NCBI GenBank assembly: GCA_021824125.1
Contig: JAKALO010000003.1
Coordinates: forward strand, 1-49,981
Length of the DNA stretch: 49,981 nucleotides
Direction of reading: 5' to 3'
Source of the DNA: Deltaproteobacteria bacterium
Lineage (GTDB): Bacteria; Desulfobacterota; Deferrimicrobia; Deferrimicrobiales; Deferrimicrobiaceae
Positions 40,906-49,981 of the stretch are shown piece by piece. Below the pieces are notes generated by a model. The model did no database searches. It had not been told where the DNA came from and saw nothing but the letters and a program-made list of their open reading frames with translations. The position numbers and the translations under genes are program-made. Position 1 is the first letter of the stretch, and the number at the start of each line of letters is the position of its first letter.

Positions 40906-41730
40906 CTATTCCTGCGCCGCCGCGGGGACCCCCGAAGGCTTTTCCGCGGGTTCGTCCTCGGTGGAGATCAACGACATGGTCACCTCGGGGGCCTGGGATT
41001 CCTTGTCCCCCTCGGAAGCCGTCCTCTCGGCGTAGGCCGCCTTACCCTCGATGATCGCGTCGGCGACCTTCGAGAGAAAGAGCTTGATCGCCCGGATCGC
41101 GTCGTCGTTGCCCGGGATGATGTAGTCGACGAGGTCCGGGTCGCAGTTGGTGTCCACTATGGCGATGATCGGTATCCCGAGCCGGCGGCCTTCCTGGATC
41201 GCGATCTGCTCCCGGGAGGGATCCACCACGAAGAGGGCGTCGGGTACGCGCCGCAGCTCGCGGATCCCCCCGAGGACCTTCTCCATCTTGACGCGTTCCT
41301 TCTCAAGCTTCAGCACTTCCTTCTTCGGGAGCTTGTCGGCGGTCCCGTCGGTGCCCATCTCGCTCAGGCGCTGTAGCCTGTCGAGGCTCTTGCGGATCGT
41401 CTGGAAGTTGGTGAGCATCCCGCCCAGCCAGCGCTGGTTCACGTAGGGGGCGGAAGCGCGCCGGGCCTCCTCCTCCACGGCCTCCTGCGCCTGCTTCTTG
41501 GTCCCGACGAAGAGGACCGTCTTCCCGTCGGCGGCCATGTCCCGCACCACGTCGTACGCCTGGCGGAACATCTTGACCGTCTGCTGCAGGTCGATGATGT
41601 AGATCCCGTTGCGGGCGGTGAAGATGTACCTCTTCATCTTCGGGTTCCACCGCTTGGTCTGGTGCCCGAAGTGGACGCCCGCCTCCAGCAGCTGCTTCAT
41701 CGTGATGACCGAGCCTTGTCCGTTCGCCAT
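40906..41730 (-). CDS. rpsB: 30S ribosomal protein S2
   Basis: [55 protein letters not shown]. Confidence 0.98.
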   Translation of the reverse strand: MANGQGSVITMKQLLEAGVHFGHQTKRWNPKMKRYIFTARNGIYIIDLQQTVKMFRQAYDVVRDMAADGKTVLFVGTKKQAQEAVEEEARRASAPYVNQRWLGGMLTNFQTIRKSLDRLQRLSEMGTDGTADKLPKKEVLKLEKERVKMEKVLGGIRELRRVPDALFVVDPSREQIAIQEGRRLGIPIIAIVDTNCDPDLVDYIIPGNDDAIRAIKLFLSKVADAIIEGKAAYAERTASEGDKESQAPEVTMSLISTEDEPAEKPSGVPAAAQE

Positions 41731-41850
41731 GCCTTGCTCTCCTTTTCGCCTAGGGGTTGTTCCTCCGGGCGTTCCGCCCCTCCCCATACACCCCGGCCGC
41801 AAAGCCAGGGCACCCCGGGGAAAGTCCCGCCCGTGGGAGATAATTGCCGA
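41731..41850 (-). promoter_or_regulatory. rpsB 5' leader (t44 / S2-autoregulatory-like RNA element)
   Basis: Structured leader with CCGGGGTGCCC and GGAGGAACAACCCC, similar to the recalled gammaproteobacterial t44 leader motifs. Confidence 0.5.
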
Positions 41851-41858
41851 ACCGTGTA

Positions 41859-41869
41859 TTTATATCACA
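41859..41869 (-). promoter_or_regulatory. Extended -10 promoter of rpsB-tsf
   Basis: TGTGATATAAA, one base from the known enterobacterial rpsB extended -10 TGTGGTATAAA. Confidence 0.65.
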
Positions 41870-41897
41870 ACGGAGGATGTTTTTTCAACCACACGCG

Positions 41898-43100
41898 TTA
41901 CGTCCGGTACCCCGCGTTTATCCGTATGTAGTCGTGGTTCAAGTCGGAGAAGTAGAGGTGGTGGCTCCCCTTCCCCAGTCCCAGGTCCACCTCGATCCCG
42001 TAGGCATCCTTGCGGATCTTCGGCGCGGCGCGGCGCTCGGCGGCCCGGTCGATCCGTAATCCCCGACGCAGCACCTTCTCCCCCGCGAACGTAAGTTCGA
42101 CCCTGGACGGATCGACCCGGATGCCCGCCCTGCCCACGGCGGCGACGACCCGTCCCCAGTTGGGGTCCGCCCCGAAAACCGCCGTCTTCACGAGGGGGGA
42201 AGTGGCAACCGCCCGCGCACCCTTTTCCGCGTCGCGGGCGCTCGCGGCGCCCGTCACCGCCACCCGGACGACCTTCGTCGCACCCTCGCCGTCCCGCACG
42301 ATCATGAGCGCAAGGTCCAGCAGCAGGGACCGGAGCGCCTCAGAGAAGGCCGACAGGTCCTTCCCCGAGAGGGGGGGGAGGCCGCAGGCGCCGTTGGCGA
42401 AGACCGCGGCGGTGTCGTTCGTGCTCGTGTCGCCGTCCACAACGATGCGGTTGAAGGATAGGTCCACCGCTCCCCGGAACGCCTTCCTCAAATCGGCCGG
42501 CCGCAACGCGGCGTCCGTGAACACGTAGGCAAGCATCGTCCCCATGTTCGGGGCGATCATCCCGGCCCCCTTTGCGATCCCTCCCAGGGTGACCGTTTTT
42601 CCCCGTACCTTGACCTTCCGGATTCCCCGTTTCGGCCAGGCGTCGGTGGTGAGGATCGCATCGCCCGCCCGGGCGATCCCGCCGGCGGAAAGCGAGGCGC
42701 AAAGCCGGGGGAGCGCCGCGACGATCTTTCCCGCGGGCAGAGGCACACCGATCACCCCCGTCGACGAAACCAGCAGCGAATCCCGGGGCAGCCCCAGCGC
42801 CGCGCAGGCCGCTTCGGAAGTCGTGCGGACCGCGGAGAGCCCTTCCTTACCGGTACACGCGTTGGCGTTGCCGCTGTTGACGATCACGCCCCGGAGGGCG
42901 GAACGGTTCCGAAGCGCCTTCCCCCAGGCCACCGGGGCCGCGAAAATCCGGTTACGGGTAAAAACAACGTCGGAAACGCAGGGGGTCTCGCTCACCACGA
43001 GGGCCAGGTCGGCCTTACCCGCCTTCTTTATCCCGCAGGCCGCGCCGGCCCCCCGGAAACCCTGGACGAGGATCGTTCGCACGGGTTTCATCCCCTTCAC
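41898..43100 (-). CDS. argJ: Glutamate N-acetyltransferase / ornithine acetyltransferase
   Basis: [59 protein letters not shown]. Start GTG 43100 or ATG 43091. Confidence 0.96.
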   Translation of the reverse strand: MKGMKPVRTILVQGFRGAGAACGIKKAGKADLALVVSETPCVSDVVFTRNRIFAAPVAWGKALRNRSALRGVIVNSGNANACTGKEGLSAVRTTSEAACAALGLPRDSLLVSSTGVIGVPLPAGKIVAALPRLCASLSAGGIARAGDAILTTDAWPKRGIRKVKVRGKTVTLGGIAKGAGMIAPNMGTMLAYVFTDAALRPADLRKAFRGAVDLSFNRIVVDGDTSTNDTAAVFANGACGLPPLSGKDLSAFSEALRSLLLDLALMIVRDGEGATKVVRVAVTGAASARDAEKGARAVATSPLVKTAVFGADPNWGRVVAAVGRAGIRVDPSRVELTFAGEKVLRRGLRIDRAAERRAAPKIRKDAYGIEVDLGLGKGSHHLYFSDLNHDYIRINAGYRT

Positions 43101-45634
43101 ACCCCCGCGCCACAGCACTTCTTGTACTTCTTTCCCGACCCGCAGGGACAGGGGTCGTTCCGCCCCACCTTTACCTTCGTGTGCCGCTGGGTCGTCTCCC
43201 CGGCCCGGGAGATGTCGCCACGGGAGAGGTTGACCCTCCGTGGCGCCGGCGAATGGACGGCGGCGCCCCTTTCCTCCTCCCGCTGCACCTTCACATGGAA
43301 GAGACGCTTCAGCGACTCCTCCTTGATCCGGTGCACCAGGTCGGAGAACATGTCGAACCCCTCGCGCTGGTATTCCTTCAACGGGTCCTTCTGGGCGTAC
43401 CCGCGCAGGCCGATCCCTTCCTTCAGGTGGTCCATGGACAGCAAGTGGTCTTTCCAGAGGGAATCGATCGTGGAAAGGAGGAACATCCGCTCCAGGTAGC
43501 GGATCGCGTCCGCGCCGTAATCCTTCTCTTTCCTGTCGTATGCGGCCACCGCCCCTTCGCGGATCCGCTCCGCGAGGGAGTCCTGCGTGAGCTTGGCCAC
43601 CTCCTCCGGCGGGATGGCGGGCCGGAACCCGAACTGGGCGTACGTCGCGTCGCCAAGCCCGGAGAGCTCCCACTGCTCGGGGTGCTCCCTGGCGTCGGAA
43701 AACCGGCCGGCCAGCTCCTCGGCCACCTCGCCGGTCATCTCCATCACCATATCCCGCAGGTCCTCGCCCGCGAGGACCTCCCTGCGCAGGTCGTAGACGA
43801 CGGTGCGCTGCCTGTTCATCACGTCGTCGTACTCGAGGAGATGCTTCCGGATGTCGAAGTTGTGGCCCTCCACCTTCTTCTGCGCGTTCTCGACCGCCTT
43901 GTTGATGAGGTTGTGCTCGATCGGCTCGCCCTCCTGCATCCCGAGCTTGGCCATGATCGGCGCGATCCGGTCGGACCCGAAGATCCGGAGCAGGTCGTCC
44001 TCGAGGGAGAGGTAGAACCGGGATGAGCCGGGATCGCCCTGGCGCCCCGCGCGCCCCCGCAGCTGGTTGTCCACCCGGCGGGACTCGTGACGCTCGGTGC
44101 CGATGATGTGCAGGCCGCCCTTCCCCACGACCCCTTCGCCCAGCTTGATGTCGACGCCGCGCCCCGCCATGTTGGTGGCGATGGTCACCCTCCCCGGGTA
44201 GCCGGCCTCGGCGATGATCTGCGCCTCCTTCTCGTGGTGCTTCGCGTTCAGCACGTTGTGGGGGATCCCGTGCCTCGAAAGGAGCGCGGAAAGCCTCTCG
44301 GACTTCTCGATGGACACGGTCCCCACCAGGACCGGGCGCTTTTGCTCGTGGAGGATCTTGACCTCGTCGAGCACGGCCTGGAACTTCTCCCGCTCGGTGG
44401 CGTAGATCTGGTCACCGTGGTCCTCCCGGATCATAGGCTGGTTCGTGGGGACCACCACGACGTCGAGCTTGTAGATCTGCTTGAACTCCACGGCCTCCGT
44501 GTCGGCGGTGCCGGTCATCCCCGCCAGCTTTTCGAACATCCTGAAGTAGTTCTGGAAGGTGATGGTCGCGAGCGTCTGGTTCTCGTTCTCGATCTTGACG
44601 CCTTCCTTGGCCTCGACGGCCTGGTGCAGCCCGTCCGACCAGCGCCGGCCCGGCATCAGGCGGCCCGTGAACTCGTCGACGATGACGACTTCGCCGTCCT
44701 TGACCATGTAGTCGACGTCCCGCTTAAACAGTACGTGCGCCTTCAGGCCCTGGTTGACGTGGTGGAGGATCTCGATGTTGCGGGGCTCGTAGAGGTTGTC
44801 CACGCCCAGCAGGCGCTCGACCTTGGGGATCCCGGAGTCCTCCGTGAGCATGACGGTGCGGGCCTTCTCGTCGACCTTGTAGTCCGTGTCCTTCTTCATG
44901 TACCCGATGATCGAGTTGACCCGGACGTACTTGTCGGTGGCCTCCTCGGCCGGCCCCGAGATGATGAGCGGCGTGCGCGCCTCGTCGACGAGGATCGAGT
45001 CCACCTCGTCCACGATCGCGTAGTGGAGGTCCCGCTGGACCATGTCCTCGATGCGGAACTTCATGTTGTCCCGCAGGTAGTCGAACCCGTACTCGTTGTT
45101 CGTTCCGTAGGTTATGTCGCAGTTGTAGGAGGCTTTCCGCTCCGCGTCGTCCATCCCGTGGACGATCACTCCCACCGACAGCCCGAGGAACCTGTAGATG
45201 GTCCCCATCCACTCGGCGTCCCTCTTGGCGAGGTAGTCGTTGACCGTGATCAGGTGCACCCCGCGGCCTGTCAGGGCGTTGAGGACGACGGGAAGCGTGG
45301 CGACGAGCGTCTTCCCCTCGCCGGTCCGCATCTCGGCGATCTTACCCTCGTGCAGGACCGCGCCGCCGATCAGCTGGACGTCGAAGTGCCGCATCGACAG
45401 AACGCGCTTCGAGACCTCCCGCACGGTGGCGAACACCTCGGGGAGGAGCGAATCGAGGGATTCCCCGTTCCCGAACCGCAGGCGGAACTCCGCCGTTTTC
45501 GCCGCAAGCCGGTCGTCGGGCAGCGCCGCCACCTGCGGCTCAAGCTCGTTGACCCGGCGGACGATCGGGGCTATCCGCTCCAGCACGCGCTCGTTTTGCG
45601 TGCCGAAAACCCTTTTGAGAATATTTCCGATCAT
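43097..45634 (-). CDS. secA: Preprotein translocase ATPase SecA
   Basis: [66 protein letters not shown] motif [13 protein letters not shown]. Confidence 0.99.
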   Translation of the reverse strand: MIGNILKRVFGTQNERVLERIAPIVRRVNELEPQVAALPDDRLAAKTAEFRLRFGNGESLDSLLPEVFATVREVSKRVLSMRHFDVQLIGGAVLHEGKIAEMRTGEGKTLVATLPVVLNALTGRGVHLITVNDYLAKRDAEWMGTIYRFLGLSVGVIVHGMDDAERKASYNCDITYGTNNEYGFDYLRDNMKFRIEDMVQRDLHYAIVDEVDSILVDEARTPLIISGPAEEATDKYVRVNSIIGYMKKDTDYKVDEKARTVMLTEDSGIPKVERLLGVDNLYEPRNIEILHHVNQGLKAHVLFKRDVDYMVKDGEVVIVDEFTGRLMPGRRWSDGLHQAVEAKEGVKIENENQTLATITFQNYFRMFEKLAGMTGTADTEAVEFKQIYKLDVVVVPTNQPMIREDHGDQIYATEREKFQAVLDEVKILHEQKRPVLVGTVSIEKSERLSALLSRHGIPHNVLNAKHHEKEAQIIAEAGYPGRVTIATNMAGRGVDIKLGEGVVGKGGLHIIGTERHESRRVDNQLRGRAGRQGDPGSSRFYLSLEDDLLRIFGSDRIAPIMAKLGMQEGEPIEHNLINKAVENAQKKVEGHNFDIRKHLLEYDDVMNRQRTVVYDLRREVLAGEDLRDMVMEMTGEVAEELAGRFSDAREHPEQWELSGLGDATYAQFGFRPAIPPEEVAKLTQDSLAERIREGAVAAYDRKEKDYGADAIRYLERMFLLSTIDSLWKDHLLSMDHLKEGIGLRGYAQKDPLKEYQREGFDMFSDLVHRIKEESLKRLFHVKVQREEERGAAVHSPAPRRVNLSRGDISRAGETTQRHTKVKVGRNDPCPCGSGKKYKKCCGAGV

Positions 45635-45660
45635 GAGGTGTTTTTGATGTGTCCCGCCCT

Positions 45661-46560
45661 TTAATCCAGGAAGCGGGATGGGTTTACCGCCAGGCCGTTT
45701 ACGTGAACCTCGTAGTGCAGATGGGGACCGGTGGTCCGGCCCGTCGCTCCCACGGCGCCGAGGGACTCTCCCTTCGAGACGACATCCCCGGTGGCCACGG
45801 CGCGCTCTCCCAGGTGGGCGTAAAGCGTACTGAACCCGTACCCGTGGTCGACGACCACGACGTTCCCGAAAAGGGACTCGTAGCCGCTTCGGACCACGAC
45901 TCCCCCCGAAGCCGCCACCACCGGTGCGCCCGGCCTCCCGATGATGTCCAGCCCGTGGTGAAACACCTTGGTTTCCGTAAATGGAGACAGCCGGACGCCG
46001 AAACTGGACGAAATGATGCCGCGCACGGGCCAGATGGAGGGGGCGCTTTCCAGCACGATCCTGCGGCCGTCAAGCTCCTCGCAGATCACTTCCAGATCCT
46101 TTACGTCCACGAGGACGTCCTTTTTCAACTGATCGAACCTCAGGTCGAGCAGGCGGTCGAGGCGGGCCTGCGCGGCCGTCTCCTGGGTTTCCAGCCCGCC
46201 GAGTCCGGTCTTCCGGACCGTCTTGCCGGCCACTCCCGGCCCCAGCGAATTGTTGATCCGGACAAGCGACCTCAACCGCGCGTCGAGGGCGCGCAACCGC
46301 TCCACCTCGGTTTCCAGGTTTTCGAATTTGGAGTGGAGGTTGTAGAGGGTCAGGTTCTGCTCGCTCACGCGTTCGCGGAGGGCACGCAAGTCCCTGAGTT
46401 TCGAGAGGTTCTCCCGGTAGTCATACAGGAATTGCGTAAGGGCGAAGAACAGGAGGGCGCAGGCGGTCACGGCGACCGCCAGGCCGGTCCGCCCTATCCG
46501 GATCTCCCTTGCCTTCCCTTCGTAACCGATCCGGAACAGGAACTTGTGACGATCGCGCAC
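45661..46560 (-). CDS. M23 family metallopeptidase with N-terminal TM and coiled coil
   Basis: HHGLD (HxxxD) and GPHLHYEV (HxH) motifs; PSIWPVRG. Confidence 0.93.
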   Translation of the reverse strand: MRDRHKFLFRIGYEGKAREIRIGRTGLAVAVTACALLFFALTQFLYDYRENLSKLRDLRALRERVSEQNLTLYNLHSKFENLETEVERLRALDARLRSLVRINNSLGPGVAGKTVRKTGLGGLETQETAAQARLDRLLDLRFDQLKKDVLVDVKDLEVICEELDGRRIVLESAPSIWPVRGIISSSFGVRLSPFTETKVFHHGLDIIGRPGAPVVAASGGVVVRSGYESLFGNVVVVDHGYGFSTLYAHLGERAVATGDVVSKGESLGAVGATGRTTGPHLHYEVHVNGLAVNPSRFLD

Positions 46561-46597
46561 CAGTTTCCTTGCCTCCCCCTACCGAAAGGTAAGGGGT

Positions 46598-46627
46598 ACC
46601 GTAGCACACAAGCCCGGATGGTGTCAA
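46598..46627 (-). promoter_or_regulatory. Candidate sigma70 promoter for M23-secA-argJ
   Basis: TTGACA-N18-TACGGT with an extended TG; followed by a CCCCTTACC / GGTAGGGGG hairpin. Confidence 0.45.
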
Positions 46628-46666
46628 CGTGACATAAGGCATCAGAAAACAAGGTGTTTCCTGTCT

Positions 46667-46852
46667 TCAACCCATCACCCGCTTCTTGGCTTTCTTCTCA
46701 GTGCCGCGATTCCGGGCCACAACGGGGTCCACGATTTCCCCGCAGTTCAGGCATCGCCAGGCATAAAACAGCTGGAGCATGTCCTGGAACCGTTCGTATA
46801 CCATCGCACCGTTGCACCGGGTGCATTTCATCTTCCGTTCTCTGCCGGCCAT
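46667..46852 (-). CDS. Small zinc-ribbon protein of unknown function (61 aa)
   Basis: CTRC...WRCLNCG (two CxxC pairs), basic tail, SD GGGAGG before the ATG. Confidence 0.78.
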   Translation of the reverse strand: MAGRERKMKCTRCNGAMVYERFQDMLQLFYAWRCLNCGEIVDPVVARNRGTEKKAKKRVMG

Positions 46853-46955
46853 AAAACCTCCCTTTCCCCTTCTCCTTTCTTCTCCCTATTCTTTTCGATG
46901 CCCGGCCGGGGACGGGGTTTCGCGTGGAAATATTCGGGATACTAAAAAATTAATT

Positions 46956-46964
46956 TGGTAAAAT
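46956..46964 (+). promoter_or_regulatory. Candidate extended -10 promoter for the PilB/GspE-like gene
   Basis: TGgTAAAAT after an AT-rich stretch, about 33 nt before the ATG, with SD GGAGG. Confidence 0.45.
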
Positions 46965-46997
46965 GCTCGGGATGGACCTGTGGGAGGAGTTTATTTA

Positions 46998-48890
46998 ATG
47001 GGGAAAAAGCGTCTTGGGGAGCTTCTCGTGGAAACGGGCCTGCTCACCGAGGAGAACCTCACGCGGGCGCTGACGGAGCAGCGGTCCAAGCGCGGCAAGC
47101 TGGGGGAGGTGATCGTCACCCTCGGGATAGCCACCGAGGAGGAGATCGCCCAGATGCTTTCCATCCAGCTCGGCATTCCCTACGTCGAGCTGAAACAGAC
47201 CCCCGTGGAGCCCCACGCGATCGAGCTGATCTCCGAAAAGGTCGCGCGGAAGCACCTCATCCTGCCGATCTCGCTGGAGCAGAAGGACCTCCACCTCGCC
47301 ATGGCGGATCCCATGAGCTTCGAGGCGTTCGAGGACGTCCGGTTCGCCTCCGGTTACACCATCAAGCCGGTCATCGCGACCCGCACGGACATCCTGTGGG
47401 GAATCGACCAGCACTATCACCTCGGCTCATCCCTGAACACCATCGTCAAGGACATCGCGGAAGAGCGGTCCGTCGAGGTCGTACAGGACGGGAAGGAGGG
47501 AGACGGCCGGGACACGGACGACCTCCGCAAGAAGAGCGAGGCGGCCCCGATCATCCGCATGGTCAACCTGATCGTCGCCGAGGCGGTCGACCAGGGCGCC
47601 TCCGACATCCACGTCGAGCCGACCAAGAGCAACCTCCTGATCCGTAACCGTGTCGACGGCGTCCTTAGGAAATCGCTCGAGCTGCCGAAGTGGGTGCAAG
47701 GGGCGGTCATCTCGCGTGTCAAGATCATGGCCAAGATGGACATCGCGGAGAAGCGCCTTCCACAAGATGGCCGGATCGGGGTCCGCGTCGGGTCGAAGGC
47801 GCTGGACCTCCGGGTTTCGACGATGCCCACCTCCTACGGGGAGAAAGTCGTCGTCCGGATACTCGATTCGGCGAATTCCCACATCCCGCTGGAACAGATG
47901 GGGATGCCGCCGGAAGCCCTCGCCCAGATGGAGGTGCTCGTCCGCCGTCCCCAGGGGATCGTCCTCGTGACCGGTCCCACCGGCTCCGGCAAGACGACCA
48001 CGCTCTACAGCATCCTCCACCGGGTAAGGAGCGTCGAGCGGAACATCACGACGGTCGAGGACCCGATCGAGTACGAGCTTGCCGGCGTGAACCAGGTGGC
48101 GATCCAGGACAAGATCGGGATGACGTTCGCCTCGACCCTGCGGGCGATGCTTCGCCAGGACCCGGACATCATCATGCTCGGCGAGATGCGCGACCTGGAG
48201 ACGACCACTATCGCGATGCAGGCGGCGCTGACGGGGCACCAGGTCTTTTCCACCATGCACACCAACAGCTCGACAGCCACGATCACCCGGATGCGGAACC
48301 TCGGTGTCCCCTCCTACCTCATCGCATCGACGGTGAACGGCGTCGTGGCGCAGCGGCTGGTCCGGGTGATCTGCCAGAAATGCCGCGTCAAGTACGAGCC
48401 ATCCGAATACGACCTGTCCAAGATCGGGGCCGGCCGTAAAAGGGGGGATGCGGTCTTCTACCGCGGGGAAGGGTGCGTGGCATGCGACGGGACGGGGTAC
48501 CGGGGACGTACCGGCCTCTTCGAGATCCTGCCCTTCACGCAGCAGGTCCGCGACATGGTCGCCTCGGACGCCTCCGAAACGGACATCCGGCAGTCGGCCA
48601 TCGCCGGGGGTATGGTGACCCTGGCGCGTGCGGCGCTCGACAAGGTCAAGGCCGGCGTAACGACCCTGGACGAACTGTACCGAGTGGTGGAGACCGAGGA
48701 GGATTTCGGGACGACGTGCCCCCAGTGCAACGCGGCGCTTGGGTCGGGATTCGTCATGTGCCCGGCATGCGGCCATTCCCTGCAGGCCACCTGCGCATCC
48801 TGCCAGAAAATCGTCTCCCCTGCATGGAAGTTCTGCCCCTACTGCCGGTGCGACTTCAAGGCGCCGGCCTCCGGACGGTCCTTCGCCTGA
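46998..48890 (+). CDS. PilB/GspE-family secretion ATPase with N-terminal MshEN (c-di-GMP-binding) domain and C-terminal double zinc ribbon
   Basis: Tandem RLGELLVETGLL..L..AL..Q / KLGEVIVTLGI motif, ASDIH, RLPQDG, Walker A GPTGSGKTT, TVEDPIEY, LRQDPDIIMLGEMRD, TGH..FSTMH, CQKC/CVAC, then CPQC-CPAC-CASC-CPYC. Confidence 0.93.
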   Translation: MGKKRLGELLVETGLLTEENLTRALTEQRSKRGKLGEVIVTLGIATEEEIAQMLSIQLGIPYVELKQTPVEPHAIELISEKVARKHLILPISLEQKDLHLAMADPMSFEAFEDVRFASGYTIKPVIATRTDILWGIDQHYHLGSSLNTIVKDIAEERSVEVVQDGKEGDGRDTDDLRKKSEAAPIIRMVNLIVAEAVDQGASDIHVEPTKSNLLIRNRVDGVLRKSLELPKWVQGAVISRVKIMAKMDIAEKRLPQDGRIGVRVGSKALDLRVSTMPTSYGEKVVVRILDSANSHIPLEQMGMPPEALAQMEVLVRRPQGIVLVTGPTGSGKTTTLYSILHRVRSVERNITTVEDPIEYELAGVNQVAIQDKIGMTFASTLRAMLRQDPDIIMLGEMRDLETTTIAMQAALTGHQVFSTMHTNSSTATITRMRNLGVPSYLIASTVNGVVAQRLVRVICQKCRVKYEPSEYDLSKIGAGRKRGDAVFYRGEGCVACDGTGYRGRTGLFEILPFTQQVRDMVASDASETDIRQSAIAGGMVTLARAALDKVKAGVTTLDELYRVVETEEDFGTTCPQCNAALGSGFVMCPACGHSLQATCASCQKIVSPAWKFCPYCRCDFKAPASGRSFA

Positions 48891-48894
48891 GCAA

Positions 48895-48933
48895 GGCCCG
48901 AAGGGATCCTCGGCCCCGGCCGGTATCCCGGGC
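48895..48933. terminator. GC-rich hairpin between convergent genes
   Basis: Nested GCCCG/CGGGC, GGGAT/ATCCC and CGGCC/GGCCG arms; no U tract. Confidence 0.35.
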
Positions 48934-49981
48934 TAGAAATTCTTCCCCAGCGAGAGGACCGCGGAGGCGCCCCGGTAGCTGCGCGCAGTGCGGAATTGCG
49001 GGAAGTTCGCCTCGTCGTCGTGCATCGTGAACCCCTTGAGGTTCAACCCCGCCTCGATCCCATCCCCGAGGTCACGCGCCACTCCCACCCCGAGAGCCAC
49101 CTTCCAGCGTTTCCCGACGTGACGCGCGGAGTCCCCGGGGTAGCCGTTTTCGGCCACGAAGAGCCCCGTCAGGTCTGAAGAGAGGGTGGTCTTCCCGTCC
49201 AGCCGGTGCAGAAGGTTGGCGAGGACCCACCACTCGTCGCCGTGAATGTTGTTCGACTCCGGGGAGAGACCCCCGGAACCGTCCGAGATGCGGCTCTTCC
49301 GGCGCAGGACCGCCTTGAGCGTGACCCCCGCGGAGGTGTTTTCCCACGACCGGTCGAGTCCCGCACCCACGGCGTAGAAATCCCCCTCCCTGTAGAGAGC
49401 GGCTCCCTGCGCGGTCTCCTTCCGGTACCACGCGGCGCTCCCGAAGAAACGGGCGCTCCACCCCGGCGCGAAAGCGTATTTCCCCACCGCGTTGGCCGTG
49501 ATGATGTCTCCCGGCTCGAAATCCTTCATGCCGATGTCGGTGCTGAAGTCGTACTTCCCGCGAAAGGCGTAGCCGACCCCCAGCCCCGCGATCCAGTCAT
49601 TCCACGCCTTCGCGACGGAGACGGACGGGTTGACGTTGAACCCCTCGCCGAAGCCATTTATCGAGACGAGCTCCGGGTCCATGAGGAGGACGAGGTCCTC
49701 CTGTGCGAGGTCGGTCTTCCCGGTGGGCACGTTGAGATCGAGCCCCAGGAGTACGTCCACGGGGAACTTCCCGAGAATGGCGCAGGACGACATGACCTTC
49801 GTGTCGAGGGCGCTCGACAGACTCCTGCTGCCCTGCCCGTCCCGTTCGAACCGCGTGTGCTGGATCCCCGAGAGCAGCCCCAGTGTGAATTCATTGCGCT
49901 TCATCTCGAGCCGGACGGGGATATAGGCCTGCTGGCCGGTGCCGTCCTTTGTATCTTTCCACCAGTCGTAGGCGAACCCCG
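48933..49981 (-). CDS. Outer-membrane beta-barrel protein, 5' end outside the window
   Basis: Alternating amphipathic strands and C-terminal Phe (AVLSLGKNF). The frame stays open upstream of 49904 to the window edge (GFAYDWWKD...). Confidence 0.75.
   Translation of the reverse strand, partial: GFAYDWWKDTKDGTGQQAYIPVRLEMKRNEFTLGLLSGIQHTRFERDGQGSRSLSSALDTKVMSSCAILGKFPVDVLLGLDLNVPTGKTDLAQEDLVLLMDPELVSINGFGEGFNVNPSVSVAKAWNDWIAGLGVGYAFRGKYDFSTDIGMKDFEPGDIITANAVGKYAFAPGWSARFFGSAAWYRKETAQGAALYREGDFYAVGAGLDRSWENTSAGVTLKAVLRRKSRISDGSGGLSPESNNIHGDEWWVLANLLHRLDGKTTLSSDLTGLFVAENGYPGDSARHVGKRWKVALGVGVARDLGDGIEAGLNLKGFTMHDDEANFPQFRTARSYRGASAVLSLGKNF

Overview
GC-rich bacterial core-genome segment. The gene order resembles that of Desulfobacterota / deltaproteobacteria (inference from recalled synteny; no search was run). 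From 905 to 46852, 51 genes run on the minus strand. In transcription order: a small Zn-ribbon gene, M23 peptidase-secA-argJ, rpsB-tsf-pyrH-frr-ferredoxin-uppS-cdsA-dxr-rseP-tsaB, DUF465-ilvD-ilvBNC-psd-pssA-leuCD-leuB-asd-truA, a DAHP synthase/chorismate mutase fusion, rplM-rpsI-argC, kdsB-pyrG-kdsADC-lptCAB-rpoN-hpf-ptsN-hprK-rapZ, a complete mannose-family PTS (IIA, IIB, IIC, IID, HPr, EI) and metK-ahcY. The right end holds an orphan MshEN-PilB/GspE ATPase with a C-terminal double zinc ribbon, facing a partial outer-membrane beta-barrel gene. Two things are not routine. (1) The left ~690 bp is AT-rich, looks foreign, carries a lipoprotein gene, and lies just upstream of an orphaned 3' end of an lptG/lptF-like gene, which suggests an island boundary inside an essential LPS-transport gene. 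(2) A 95-bp element with 12-bp terminal inverted repeats occurs three times at gene junctions: one copy supplies the ilvD stop codon, one forms a terminator-like hairpin before ilvB, and the diverged copy appears to supply the Shine-Dalgarno site and start codon of tsaB. No tRNA, rRNA, CRISPR array or transposase was recognised.
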